A stretch of 64,000 nt of DNA from Candidatus Altiarchaeales archaeon (GCA_963749405.1 CAVVMY010000015.1:287-64286); one strand, 5' to 3'. Positions 7,651 through 17,411 are shown, numbered from the stretch's first letter. Made by a program: numbers and translations. The notes: a model not told the origin generated them from the letters alone.

Positions 7651-9396
7651 ATGCCGATTCAAGAGAAATTAAATGATGTGAGTGTCATCCGATTAGCGCC
7701 ATTGTTTATCGTCCTTTTTTTGGTTTCTTTTATTGCTGGTGTTTATTATTTTTACGGGGTAGCGTATCAATCCTATCCCCGAGGCTTTCTTGCAGGTGAT
7801 GCCTACGAAGATTTGCTTCGGATAGACTACATACAGGAGGTCGGCAATTTGAACACTCAAGCGAAGGTGCTTGTTGCCCTTCAACCTGAGTCCTTTACTA
7901 CTTCTGATTCACCCCTTATGTATTATTCCGCGAGTTGGTTCGCCGACATCTTCGGTTTGCAGACTCATGTCGCGGTCCATGTCCTCATGCTTTTTGCGCT
8001 TCTAATGGAGATATCAGTCGTCTTTATGCTTCTGTCGAGAATAAACTGGGTTCTTGCATGGCTTTTTCTGCCTTTTTCCATTGCCACAATACAGCTTCCT
8101 TTTATCAGCGGCTTAAGCTGGGGGGAATGGAAAGCATATTACTCTTTCTTCATATTCTTCCTTCTGCTAGTTTTCTACCCGATCCGGTTGGACTGGCGTG
8201 CAATTTTTGGATATTCCATTGTTTTTTCTTCTCTTATCCTTGCATATCCATTTGACGGTATTTACGCTCTTGTACTTCTCGCATTATCGCTTGCCATTGG
8301 GCGCGTTGACAGATTCAGGACCAAGGTGTTGAAGTTCCTTACGGTTGGCATTGTTTCCTCGTTCCTATTCGTTAATTACTTCATTGACTACGCTGCCTCA
8401 CGCTATAGCCCTTTACCCAGTGCGGGGTTGAACTATTTTTTTCTTAACATGTTGGGATTCGAAAACCCTAACAACGATTATGGTGCCCATTTTGATATGA
8501 TCTATCTGGGAATATGGTTTTGGATTTCTCTTGTAGGCTTTGCTGTAACCTTATTCCTCCTGGCCAGAGACCGGAAAAATATGGACAGATATGATAAAAA
8601 AATTTTTGCTGTATTCTCTTTTGTTTACTGCATGTATCTCCTTCAGCCGGTGATTCCAAGATTAATGAAATTCCGGACTACCTGGCCTATAATGATAAGT
8701 GTTTTTGTTGGCTGGCTTCTCTATATGGCGCTTGTTGCTTTGTACAACAAAGCTTCTCGGGTAGGTGCGGATAATCGGCAGAATATGTTTGAATACCTGG
8801 GTCTTATAGCCTTTATCTCACTTTTGGGCATTTTCTTTGGGACCTATTTCTATTTAACACCCGAATACGACTCAATTGTTTCAAAAGACTTATATTCTTC
8901 CCATATGTACCTCAAAGCGAATTCGCCATGGAATGCAACCGTCCTGGTCATAGACCCGTTTCAGACCCAAGATGCAGACACGCTGTTATCCGGTCGAAAT
9001 GTCAGATTCATATCTCAACAAAACTTCAAAAACCTTAGCAGCGTTGGCTATAACCTGTCTGCAGTTCCGACCACAAGGTTTTGTGACAGTCCTATATTGC
9101 TTAGACAAGGATTCCAGTTAATGGAATACAACGTGAGCGACTCCCTTTGCAAGGATAGGCCTGTAAGCCTATGTTCAAACGACTACGTCATATTGAACAT
9201 GTATTATAACTCGTCAGATGAATGGGATGCAAACTTCCCTCTTAATCGTGATCTCTATGATACGCTGCAGATTTTGCTCCAGAGCATGCTTGAAAACAAT
9301 TCTTTTACTATCGTCAATTCCACGCAGACTACATATGTCTTGAAAAATAATCGGTCCTGCGGCTCATGGGCTGCAGATGAAGAGGTGCTTCAATGA
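7651..9396 (+). CDS. polytopic membrane protein, GT-C-like putative glycosyltransferase
   Basis: 581 aa. About 11-13 hydrophobic helices are followed by a ~170-aa sequon-rich soluble C-terminal domain. It overlaps the next gene by 4 nt. Confidence 0.4.
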   Translation: MPIQEKLNDVSVIRLAPLFIVLFLVSFIAGVYYFYGVAYQSYPRGFLAGDAYEDLLRIDYIQEVGNLNTQAKVLVALQPESFTTSDSPLMYYSASWFADIFGLQTHVAVHVLMLFALLMEISVVFMLLSRINWVLAWLFLPFSIATIQLPFISGLSWGEWKAYYSFFIFFLLLVFYPIRLDWRAIFGYSIVFSSLILAYPFDGIYALVLLALSLAIGRVDRFRTKVLKFLTVGIVSSFLFVNYFIDYAASRYSPLPSAGLNYFFLNMLGFENPNNDYGAHFDMIYLGIWFWISLVGFAVTLFLLARDRKNMDRYDKKIFAVFSFVYCMYLLQPVIPRLMKFRTTWPIMISVFVGWLLYMALVALYNKASRVGADNRQNMFEYLGLIAFISLLGIFFGTYFYLTPEYDSIVSKDLYSSHMYLKANSPWNATVLVIDPFQTQDADTLLSGRNVRFISQQNFKNLSSVGYNLSAVPTTRFCDSPILLRQGFQLMEYNVSDSLCKDRPVSLCSNDYVILNMYYNSSDEWDANFPLNRDLYDTLQILLQSMLENNSFTIVNSTQTTYVLKNNRSCGSWAADEEVLQ

Positions 9397-9761
9397 AAAG
9401 AATAAAAGAGCTTGTATACGGCCAACGCTTTGAGTTGTTAGTGTCCTTCCTGGTTATCTTATTTGTTTTTTCTGACTTTTTCTATAATGACCTGGGCCGG
9501 GCTTTTATTATGGCAGTGACTGCATACGTTCTGATAGAGATACCCGGAGTCCTGCTGGCAAGGCTCATCTTCAGGGACAAATATGCGTCTTGGTGCCTGT
9601 ATGTGATAGGGTTCGGTCTGGGAATGATATTTACCCCCCTTTTGGTGTACCTTATAACAATCTTTGAAGTTGCTCCCGCTAAGTCACTTTCGTATGCGGT
9701 CCCCCTTTTGAGCATTCCAGTGCTGGCATGGCTTAATTTCAGGGAAAAAACCGAGATTTAA
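9393..9761 (+). CDS. small 4-TM membrane protein (possible flippase-like partner of the flanking glycosylation genes)
   Basis: 122 aa with four hydrophobic segments. Its start overlaps the upstream stop (ATGA). Confidence 0.45.
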   Translation: MKRIKELVYGQRFELLVSFLVILFVFSDFFYNDLGRAFIMAVTAYVLIEIPGVLLARLIFRDKYASWCLYVIGFGLGMIFTPLLVYLITIFEVAPAKSLSYAVPLLSIPVLAWLNFREKTEI

Positions 9762-9888
9762 ATTTCTCTTTCTTATTATATATCATGCCACCAAACAATT
9801 CTACTGGTGATGGCTCCTGCCATGCCACGGGGCATATAAATGACCAAACCAATACCTAAATGCCCATCGGGGCATGGCCTGCCCGCAA

Positions 9889-9915
9889 AAACGAAAAAAA
9901 TAACCAGACCCAACA
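9889..9915. repeat. 27-bp direct repeat, copy 2
   Basis: It is an exact match to 7523-7549 and lies 16 bp upstream of the GT2 start. Confidence 0.85.
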
Positions 9916-9930
9916 AATAAATATTTCTAC

Positions 9931-10633
9931 ATGCCCAAATTAACGGTTGTGTTACCAGTTTACAACGAGCAGGCTGTTTTGAAATCAGCTGTATCAAAAA
10001 TTCATACGTATCTCTCAGATACCCCTTTCAAAAACTTTGAGATACTGATAGCCGATAATGGTTCCACGGATCGAACGCTGGAGACTGCCAAACTCGTTTC
10101 CCGGTCTTATGGCTCCGTGCGAATTCTGCATCTAAAAGAGAAAGGCCGAGGTCGCTCCTTGAAGGAGGCATGGTCGGTTTGTGATTCTGATATCGTGAGT
10201 TACATGGATATAGACATATCGACTGATTTGAGCGCATTTCCGGAATTAATCAAAGCGGTCGATGGCGGTTTCGATATTGCCATTGGCTCCCGATGGGTTC
10301 CAGGTGCGAGTGTGAACCGTTCAGTTGTCCGGGGCGTTCTTTCAGGGGGTTATAATCTTCTTCTCAGGATTGTCTTAGGAGTTGATTTTCGCGATGCACA
10401 GTGCGGCTTCAAAGCCATGAAGAAGAGCGTTTTTACCGAGCTTGCTTCAGAATCTGAAGAACAATGAATGGTTCTTTGATACCGAGCTTCTCGTTAAGGC
10501 CTCGCGTAAGGGCTGCAGGATTAAAGAGGTTCCTGTTAAGTGGGATGAGAGAAAAGACAGGAAGAGCAAGGTAGATATATTTGGAACAGTCTTCGATTAT
10601 CTTGTGCTGGTTATCAAACTGCGTTTTGAGTAA
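9931..10633 (+). pseudogene. GT2-family dolichyl/polyprenyl-phosphate sugar synthase (DPM1/GtrB-like), reading frame interrupted (+1) near 10450
   Basis: The N-terminal part reads VVLPVYNE...IADNGSTDRT...YMDIDIS...GSRW...AQCGFKAM. The conserved continuation NNEWFFDTELLVKA...EVPVKWDE is in the +1 frame (ORF 10442..10633). Confidence 0.7.
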
Positions 10634-11101
10634 TTACTTTTTTCCAAGCAGTTCTTTCAGGCTGTCCGGGTGAAGCGTTGATTCGTATTTGATTATGTCG
10701 TATATCGGGTATGTTTTCATCTGGCAGTTTTCGAGTTTGGCCAGGAATTCCTCTATTCCCTGGTTTTGTTTTTTCTCCGGGACTATGAAGTTTATGAGTA
10801 TTTTTCCGTCGAATGTGCGGTATACTTTTCTTGCTTCGTCGAGTTTGGCTATCCTTTTAGCTATTTCTTTTGATTCGGATGGGGGCGCGTCTACTATCAC
10901 GTATCCCATCTGTAGTCCGATTTCGTGCGGGTGCAGTATGGCTGAGAATTTTTTTATTACTCCTTTTTTCATCAGCCTTTCAGCTCTTGTGAATATGGTT
11001 GTGTGTGGTACTCCCAGGTTCTTACCCATTTGCCTGAAGCTCATCCGTGCGTCTTCTTGTAGGTATTTTATTATCTCTAAGTCAAGTTCGTCTATTTTCA
11101 T
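10634..11101 (-). CDS. Lrp/AsnC-family transcriptional regulator
   Basis: 155 aa. The N-terminal HTH reads LDLEIIKYLQEDARMSFRQMGKNLGVPHTTIFTRAERLMKKGVI, followed by a RAM-like C-terminal domain. Confidence 0.85.
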   Translation of the reverse strand: MKIDELDLEIIKYLQEDARMSFRQMGKNLGVPHTTIFTRAERLMKKGVIKKFSAILHPHEIGLQMGYVIVDAPPSESKEIAKRIAKLDEARKVYRTFDGKILINFIVPEKKQNQGIEEFLAKLENCQMKTYPIYDIIKYESTLHPDSLKELLGKK

Positions 11102-11268
11102 TTTATCCTTTTATAGGCTGAAATAATGTATTTCTATTAAATATGGGATGATTAGACTTATATATTGGTAAACAATATATAAAAAATAAAAGAAAATTTG
11201 GATATATATTTATATAAATTATGCCCTTATAAATAGAAAACCGCAGAATCAGGCCTTTAGAACCGGTT

Positions 11269-12750
11269 TTATACTGCTTTACTTGCTTTCAGGGATTCCA
11301 AATCGCTTATGTAAAGGTCTCGTATGTCTTTTAAGCCAAGTTTTAAGGCAACAACCCGGTCCAGTCCAAGGCCCCATGCGAGTACCGGGCAGTCATAGCC
11401 CAGCAGCGGCTTTACTACTTCAGGCCTGAAGATGCCTGCCCCCCCGAGTTCTACCCATTCTCCTCGTTCCTCGATGTATACTTCAGGTTCGACACTCATC
11501 TCTGTGTATGGGAAATATCCTGGCCGAAATCTTACTTTGGAGCCCATGCGGTCGTAGAATTCTTTCAATATACCCAGGAGGTTTCTGAAGTTTGCGTTTT
11601 CGTCTACTACTATTCCTTCTACCTGGTAGAACTCCGGAAGGTGTTTGTAGTCGACTGCTTCGTTCCTGAATACTTTGCCTACGCAGAAGACTTTGGAGGG
11701 AATATCCTTCTTTTTCAGAGTAGAAAGATAGCGGCAGGTAACAGCGGTAGTATGCGTCCTGAGGACGACTTTTCTTGCGACCTCTTCGCTCCACTTATAG
11801 CCCCAGCCAATCGAGCCGGTGTCTCCGCCGTTCTCATGCGCCTCTTTGATAGCGTCTCTGTATTTGGCATAATCGGGTATCTCTATTCTCTTGGGGGTCT
11901 TTAGGTAGAACGTGTCATGCATGTCCCTTGCAGGGTGGTCCTGCGGCTGGAACAATGCATCAAAATTCCAGAAAGCGCTCTGAACCATGTTACCGCGTAT
12001 CTCCTTAAAGCCCATGTCTGAGAACATGCCCCTGATCTCTGCGATGAGTCTCTGCAAGGGATGTCTTTTGGCAGGGTACTCGGGTTTCACATAGATTCCT
12101 GGGTCGTATGGCCTGAATTTCTTGCCTTTCCATTCGCCTGATACCAGCATCTCGGAAGTGAGTTGGGAAATGGTTTCCTCTATTCCGGATTTTCCGAGTT
12201 TTATTCCTTCAGGCGTAGGAATGAGCCAGATGCTCTTTCTTTCCGCAACTTTTATGACCTCCTTTCTCTTCTTTAGAAGATCCAGGCCGGTTCTCAGTTC
12301 TGCGTCGAGTTCTGATGAATTGATTTTTCCTTTTTGTTTAAGCCTTTCTAAAAGTTTTTCGTCTGCTGTTTTTTCTCTGTTAACTATCCTGATTATGCCT
12401 TTCTCAAGTGTTGCCTGTTTCTTTCTATTAAGCCATCCCAGGGCAATATTTGTCTCGGATTCGCTGAATTTCTTTTTAAGGTCTGCCAGACTTTTCTGTG
12501 CGCCTGCTGCATCTATTAGCCTTCTCTCGGGCAAACCCTTTTCGGCGTAAAGTATTCCTTCTCTGTCCAGAATTATCTCTTCAGTGATTTTTTCCTCGAT
12601 TCCCACAAGGTTTTTAGTGTTAAGCCATGATGAGGCCCGCATAACTGCGTCAAGAGGCATGCCTGCTTTTTTAGCGATCTCGTCTGGCGTAGACTTTTTG
12701 TCCAGTTCTTTGAGGATCTTTATCTCATGGGGGTGTAATTCATAATCCAT
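11269..12750 (-). CDS. pheS: phenylalanine--tRNA ligase alpha subunit (archaeal type)
   Basis: 493 aa with an N-terminal winged-helix region. The class II core motifs are HPLQRL...FQPQDHPARD..., RTHTT and GAGIFRPEV...GLGLDR. Confidence 0.9.
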   Translation of the reverse strand: MDYELHPHEIKILKELDKKSTPDEIAKKAGMPLDAVMRASSWLNTKNLVGIEEKITEEIILDREGILYAEKGLPERRLIDAAGAQKSLADLKKKFSESETNIALGWLNRKKQATLEKGIIRIVNREKTADEKLLERLKQKGKINSSELDAELRTGLDLLKKRKEVIKVAERKSIWLIPTPEGIKLGKSGIEETISQLTSEMLVSGEWKGKKFRPYDPGIYVKPEYPAKRHPLQRLIAEIRGMFSDMGFKEIRGNMVQSAFWNFDALFQPQDHPARDMHDTFYLKTPKRIEIPDYAKYRDAIKEAHENGGDTGSIGWGYKWSEEVARKVVLRTHTTAVTCRYLSTLKKKDIPSKVFCVGKVFRNEAVDYKHLPEFYQVEGIVVDENANFRNLLGILKEFYDRMGSKVRFRPGYFPYTEMSVEPEVYIEERGEWVELGGAGIFRPEVVKPLLGYDCPVLAWGLGLDRVVALKLGLKDIRDLYISDLESLKASKAV

Positions 12751-12795
12751 GGCTTTAATTATTACTACTACGTTAAATTATTTCAAAGAATCGGG

Positions 12796-13431
12796 ATGAA
12801 AGAGAAAAAACCAAAAGAAACCAGCAAAAGCAGTAAAGAAGTCAAATTCTACAGCATAAAAGATGAGATAAGGATACTTGGAATAGACGACGGGCCCTTT
12901 GATCTCTACGAGGACAAAAAGGCCATAATCATCGGGGTCGTATTCCGCGGCGGGAAATGGCTGGACGGCGTCCTCAGGGCAGAGGTTACAGTCGATGGCA
13001 CAGATGCAACGGAAAAGGTCTCGCAGATGGTCTGCAAAAGTAAACACAAAGACATACGCATAGTAATGATCGATGGCCTGGGTTTTGCGGGATTCAATTT
13101 GGTGGATTTGGAGGAATTCTTTGAAAAGACGAGTCTGCCGGTGATTGCAGTGGTTCGGGACATGCCTGATTTCGAAGCAATAGAGAGCGCATTGGAAAAC
13201 ACCGAGCACAAGGAGTTCTGTCTGTCATGCATAAAAAAAGCAGGAAGGCCCAGGAAGGTTGAGACAAAAGACGGAAAGCACGTCTATATCCAATTCCGGG
13301 GCATATCATTTAAGGATGCTGCAAGAATAGTTAAACTTTCATCGACGAGAAGCCTAATACCCGAGCCGCTGCGCGTCGCGCACCTGATCGCTTCAGGCAT
13401 CGTCCTCGGGGAGTCTCGTGGAGGGGCTTAG
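12796..13431 (+). CDS. DUF99 (UPF0215) family protein, endonuclease-V-like fold
   Basis: 211 aa. The pattern IRILGIDDGPF...IIGVVFRGG.WLDGVL...TVDG.DAT... is typical of the archaeal DUF99 family. Confidence 0.6.
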   Translation: MKEKKPKETSKSSKEVKFYSIKDEIRILGIDDGPFDLYEDKKAIIIGVVFRGGKWLDGVLRAEVTVDGTDATEKVSQMVCKSKHKDIRIVMIDGLGFAGFNLVDLEEFFEKTSLPVIAVVRDMPDFEAIESALENTEHKEFCLSCIKKAGRPRKVETKDGKHVYIQFRGISFKDAARIVKLSSTRSLIPEPLRVAHLIASGIVLGESRGGA

Positions 13432-14136
13432 CCGGTTTATCTTGTTCACAGTCCGCCTAAAGAGGCCGGTCAGGGTGCCTGCTTCTCTACCTGATATAAA
13501 GGAGCGGCCTATCACGTTCCTGAAGGTTTTCTTAGCTATCCTGCGCTCGTATTCGTGCTCTAATACGGTGTCTGTGAGTGTGTCGTATTTTTCCAGCAGC
13601 ACGTCTTTTTCTATCTTCTCTACTTTGCGCATCTTCTTCAGGGCACGGGATTCGTTTCTCATCTGCTGCCTTGTTAACTCGTAAAGGACCACGGCGACCG
13701 AATGCGAAATATTAAGGGATCGGTATTCGTAATGTGTTGGAATAGTCACTATGAGGTCGCATTGTTTTATCTCGTCGTTCGAGAGGCCGTGGTCTTCTCT
13801 TCCGAATAGTAGGGCTATTTTTCCGTCAGTGTCCAGGGACGCCGCAAGCTCCTCAGGGAAGATGGGAGTCCTTGTGGAATTAGTGTCTGTTGCGATCACT
13901 GCGGTTGTTGCTACGAGGAAGTCGTATTCTTCTTTGAGTTTTCCGAAGTCTTTGATTATGGTTGCATTGTCGAGCAGGTCTTTTGCGTGCATGGCCATCA
14001 TCCGTGCTTCGCTGTCGAGTTTCGGGGGATTCAGCAGGACAAGATTCTTGTAACCGAAATTTTTCATAAGCCTGGCTACGCTTCCTATATTGCCTTCATA
14101 TTTGGGCTCCACCAGGACAACTGAGAATTCTGGCAT
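13393..14136 (-). CDS. SpoU/TrmH-class RNA 2-prime-O-methyltransferase (aTrmJ-like)
   Basis: 247 aa. The sequence VVLVEPKYEGNIGSVARLMKNFG...LLFGREDHGLSNDEI...IPT...SLNISHSVAVVLYEL is the SPOUT knot signature. Confidence 0.7.
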   Translation of the reverse strand: MPEFSVVLVEPKYEGNIGSVARLMKNFGYKNLVLLNPPKLDSEARMMAMHAKDLLDNATIIKDFGKLKEEYDFLVATTAVIATDTNSTRTPIFPEELAASLDTDGKIALLFGREDHGLSNDEIKQCDLIVTIPTHYEYRSLNISHSVAVVLYELTRQQMRNESRALKKMRKVEKIEKDVLLEKYDTLTDTVLEHEYERRIAKKTFRNVIGRSFISGREAGTLTGLFRRTVNKINRLSPSTRLPEDDA

Positions 14137-14251
14137 GTTCTTTTTTCTTATTATTATCTGCTTTATATTTATCGTATTATGCGCAGAAATTAGAAATCTT
14201 TTTCTGTTCGTAATCCTTTATCCATAATGGTTTAGGTCACAGGGTCATAAG

Positions 14252-15955
14252 ATGCAACTCATAGGAACCATTTCGGGGGAGGTTAGTCCGAGCAATTTTA
14301 ACATACTCCTGTCGGCGTCAAGCGTGGGCAGGGGCGCATATGTGCAGATAAACCATGAGGAATACGGCTGGGTGCTGGCCAAGGTGAGCGACGTGAAGAG
14401 ATCTCTTTCCGGTTCCGGTGAAGAGATCAGCCTTGCTAAAGCGTATACCATCGGCTACAAGCAGGATGGAGTGGTTAAATTTCCGAAAACCCCGTTTAAG
14501 CCTAATGACCGCGTCTATTCGGCAGACGGCGAACTCATCATCAATGTCATCGGCCTGCGCAAGAACAAGACAGGCAATATCTATCTGGGCGTCCTCGACG
14601 GCTCCAGGATACCGGTATACGTCGACCTGAACAAGACCATAAGAAAACACGTATCAGTCCTCGCCATGACAGGCGCAGGAAAGAGCTACACCGTATGCGT
14701 GATACTGGAGGAACTGCTGAAAAACGACATACCCGTGGTAATAATCGACCCGCACAGAGAGTACTCCAGCCTCAGGTACGAGAACGACGACTACGAGCCC
14801 ATGCTGGCCTACGGAGTCAAGCCCGCATCATACGCGTCAAAGATAACAGAGTACACCACAAGCCCTCTCACCAACCCTGACGCAGAACGCCTTACGCTAA
14901 GGATGCGTTTTTCCATGGACGAGATAACGGAGATACTGCCCGTAAAGCTTGCAGACAAACAAAAAGCAATACTCTACAACGCAATACACAACCTCGAAGG
15001 GCAGGAATACGGCATAAACGACCTCATCAACGTAGTGCGCCTGGAGAAAGGCAAAGACAAATGGAAAGTGATAAGCGTCCTTGAGACACTCGCATCAAGC
15101 GGCTTATTCGACGAAAAAGCGGTATCCGAAAAAGACCTGGTAAAGCCGGGACACGCATCCATAATCGATCTCAAAGGCTCGGAACCATGGGTCCAGCAGC
15201 TTGTGGTTACGAGGATAGCAAAGGAGCTGTTCTCCGCGATGAAGCTTAACCAATTGCCTGCGTTCTTCTTTCTGGTCGAGGAAGCTCACAACTTCTGCCC
15301 TGAGCGAGGCTTCGGAGAAGCAATGTCTTCAGAGATACTGAGAACGATAGCCTCGGAAGGAAGGAAATTCGGCCTACACCTGTGCGTCGTTTCCCAGAGG
15401 CCTGCGCGGGTAGACAAAAACGTCCTATCACAATGCAACACGCAGATAATCCTCAAAGTCACGAACCCAAACGACCTGCGCGCGATAGGCCAGTCCATCG
15501 AAGGATTCACCTCCGGCATGGAAAGCGACATAAAACAATTATCCGTCGGACAAGCTCTCGTAGTCGGAGAATGCGTGGAGCAGCCGATAATAGTCAACAT
15601 ACGGGCGCGCGAAAGCAAACACATCGGTGCAGTAGAAGCCAAAGGAAAGAACGTTGCACCGGAAAAAAAGCAGGCACCGGCAGGAAAAGTCAAGCCTCTG
15701 TTCGAGGAAGGACGCGAATTCCAGACAGACGAAGCAAAGATCAGAGACAAAAAAGAGATAATCAAAAAAATAAAGCCGGTCTTCATAAAAGAAAAAGAGG
15801 ATAAGCCGAAAGAGGAAAAAACCCAGAAGAACGAGCCGGCAAAAGAGCAAGCGAAAGAAAAGAGAGATGCCTCGACGGCGCCTAAGAAGAAAACATTTTC
15901 CGGGAAGATAATGGGCCTATTCCTGAGAGATGAGGAAGAGATGAAGAAGAAATAA
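14252..15955 (+). CDS. herA: HerA-type (DUF87) hexameric ATPase/helicase with long Lys/Glu-rich C-terminal tail
   Basis: 567 aa with an N-terminal HAS-barrel-like segment. Walker A is AMTGAGKSYTV and Walker B is FFFLVEEAHNF. The motif VSQRPARVDKNVLSQCNTQIILKVTNPND is also present. The last ~110 aa are K/E/P low complexity. Confidence 0.75.
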   Translation: MQLIGTISGEVSPSNFNILLSASSVGRGAYVQINHEEYGWVLAKVSDVKRSLSGSGEEISLAKAYTIGYKQDGVVKFPKTPFKPNDRVYSADGELIINVIGLRKNKTGNIYLGVLDGSRIPVYVDLNKTIRKHVSVLAMTGAGKSYTVCVILEELLKNDIPVVIIDPHREYSSLRYENDDYEPMLAYGVKPASYASKITEYTTSPLTNPDAERLTLRMRFSMDEITEILPVKLADKQKAILYNAIHNLEGQEYGINDLINVVRLEKGKDKWKVISVLETLASSGLFDEKAVSEKDLVKPGHASIIDLKGSEPWVQQLVVTRIAKELFSAMKLNQLPAFFFLVEEAHNFCPERGFGEAMSSEILRTIASEGRKFGLHLCVVSQRPARVDKNVLSQCNTQIILKVTNPNDLRAIGQSIEGFTSGMESDIKQLSVGQALVVGECVEQPIIVNIRARESKHIGAVEAKGKNVAPEKKQAPAGKVKPLFEEGREFQTDEAKIRDKKEIIKKIKPVFIKEKEDKPKEEKTQKNEPAKEQAKEKRDASTAPKKKTFSGKIMGLFLRDEEEMKKK

Positions 15956-16073
15956 AACCCCATATAAGACCTCGTTGTGATAGCCTTATTCTACTTCACG
16001 GTCAGACCAATTTCTGCATTCTGGAAGGATCTTATTCTAATCTACATATATACCTCTTAAGAAGATCAATAAA

Positions 16074-17411
16074 ATGGAATCTGAATCTTTCGAAAACCTT
16101 GAAGCGTTTTTTGACAGGGTCAAGTCCGTCGGATTTTTTGAGCGTTTATTCGGCTGGAAGGCAATCGTTTCCCTTAGCTATGACGCCTATGAAGAGTTTA
16201 AATCCCTTAACAAGGATTTAATTACTTGTCAGGATGAAATTAATCGGTCCGTTTCTCTTCTAAAAGAGCGTGATACTGAAATTAAAAATCAGTCGGAGAA
16301 ATTCAGCAGACTGGAAAGAGAATGGGAACTTTCTAAAAGCACTGTTGAGCGGGTTAACAAGGATATTCAGGAGAAGGAAAAGGAGCTAGGCCTGCTAAGG
16401 GGGTCGGATGATAAAAATAATAAGCGAATTGTACATCTTGAAGCTGATATATCTGCCCTTAAAGAAAAACAGGAAGACCTTGTTAAAAACAAGATTGACC
16501 TGGAAAAGAAGGTTACTGCATTCGAGAAAGTTGAGAAACAAAAGCAGGTGGATTATGAAAAGAGAGTTGCTGAGCTTAATACTGTGATAAAGCAACTTGA
16601 TGGGGATCGTCTACGTGTCCAGAATGAGAGGGAAAAAGAGATAGAGGCGAAGTTTGAACTTATGAAAACAACTTGGAAGCGCCATGAAACCAGCGTGCAA
16701 CAGCATATACTGTCTATTTGCAAGCGTTATCAGATTGAGTATGTTGATAAGGAAAAGTGCCCCTTCAAAGGTAAGCCGGATAACACGATAGAAATCTGTG
16801 AGGAATTCATCATCTTTGACGCTAAAAGCCCTCAGTCGGATGATCTGGACAATTTCCCAACTTATATCAAGAATCAGGCCGAGGGAGTGAAGAAATACGT
16901 CAAAGAGAAAGGCGTCAAAAAGGAGGTTTTCCTTGTAGTTCCCTCTAACACAATGGAAGCCATAGATCAATTCTATTACCACATGGCTGATTACGACGTT
17001 TATGTGATCACCCCGAACGCTTTGGAGCCGATTATACTGAGTCTGAAAAAGATTGAGGAATATGACTTCGCAGAGCAGTTAAGTCCTGAAGACCGAGATA
17101 GCATTTGCCGGATAATCGGCAAATTCGCCCACGTTTCAAAACGGAGGATACAAATAGACAGCTACTTCTGCAACGAATTCATAGGCATTCTGTCAAGCTG
17201 TAACAATCTGCCAGATGATATCTTGGAGAAGTCTGTGGACTTTGAGAAATCCGACAAGATGAATCCTCCTTTAGAGAAAAGAGCTAAGGCCATAACCAAT
17301 CAGGAATTAAAGAAAAAAATAAAGGAAATAAAGCAGGAGGCCGATGCTAAGGAGATAAATATTACTGACGGGCTTGAGTCAATCAAGAGAATACCTTTAT
17401 ACAAAAAATGA
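16074..17411 (+). CDS. RmuC-like protein: N-terminal coiled coil plus C-terminal PD-(D/E)xK-like nuclease domain
   Basis: 445 aa. Residues ~40-200 are heptad-rich (K/E/L). The C-terminal KPDNTIEICEEFIIFDAKSP...EVFLVVPSN...DVYVITPNALEPIILSLKKI follows the RmuC pattern (PD..i.l....iviDaK ... flfiPsE ... v.ivsPttL). Confidence 0.5.
   Translation: MESESFENLEAFFDRVKSVGFFERLFGWKAIVSLSYDAYEEFKSLNKDLITCQDEINRSVSLLKERDTEIKNQSEKFSRLEREWELSKSTVERVNKDIQEKEKELGLLRGSDDKNNKRIVHLEADISALKEKQEDLVKNKIDLEKKVTAFEKVEKQKQVDYEKRVAELNTVIKQLDGDRLRVQNEREKEIEAKFELMKTTWKRHETSVQQHILSICKRYQIEYVDKEKCPFKGKPDNTIEICEEFIIFDAKSPQSDDLDNFPTYIKNQAEGVKKYVKEKGVKKEVFLVVPSNTMEAIDQFYYHMADYDVYVITPNALEPIILSLKKIEEYDFAEQLSPEDRDSICRIIGKFAHVSKRRIQIDSYFCNEFIGILSSCNNLPDDILEKSVDFEKSDKMNPPLEKRAKAITNQELKKKIKEIKQEADAKEINITDGLESIKRIPLYKK

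Noticed and set aside
15286-15963. 225-aa minus-strand ORF and neighbouring ORFs opposite the herA 3-prime half
   Set aside because: They are antisense to the K/E-rich HerA tail and Walker B region, and they are Ser/Phe-rich low complexity.
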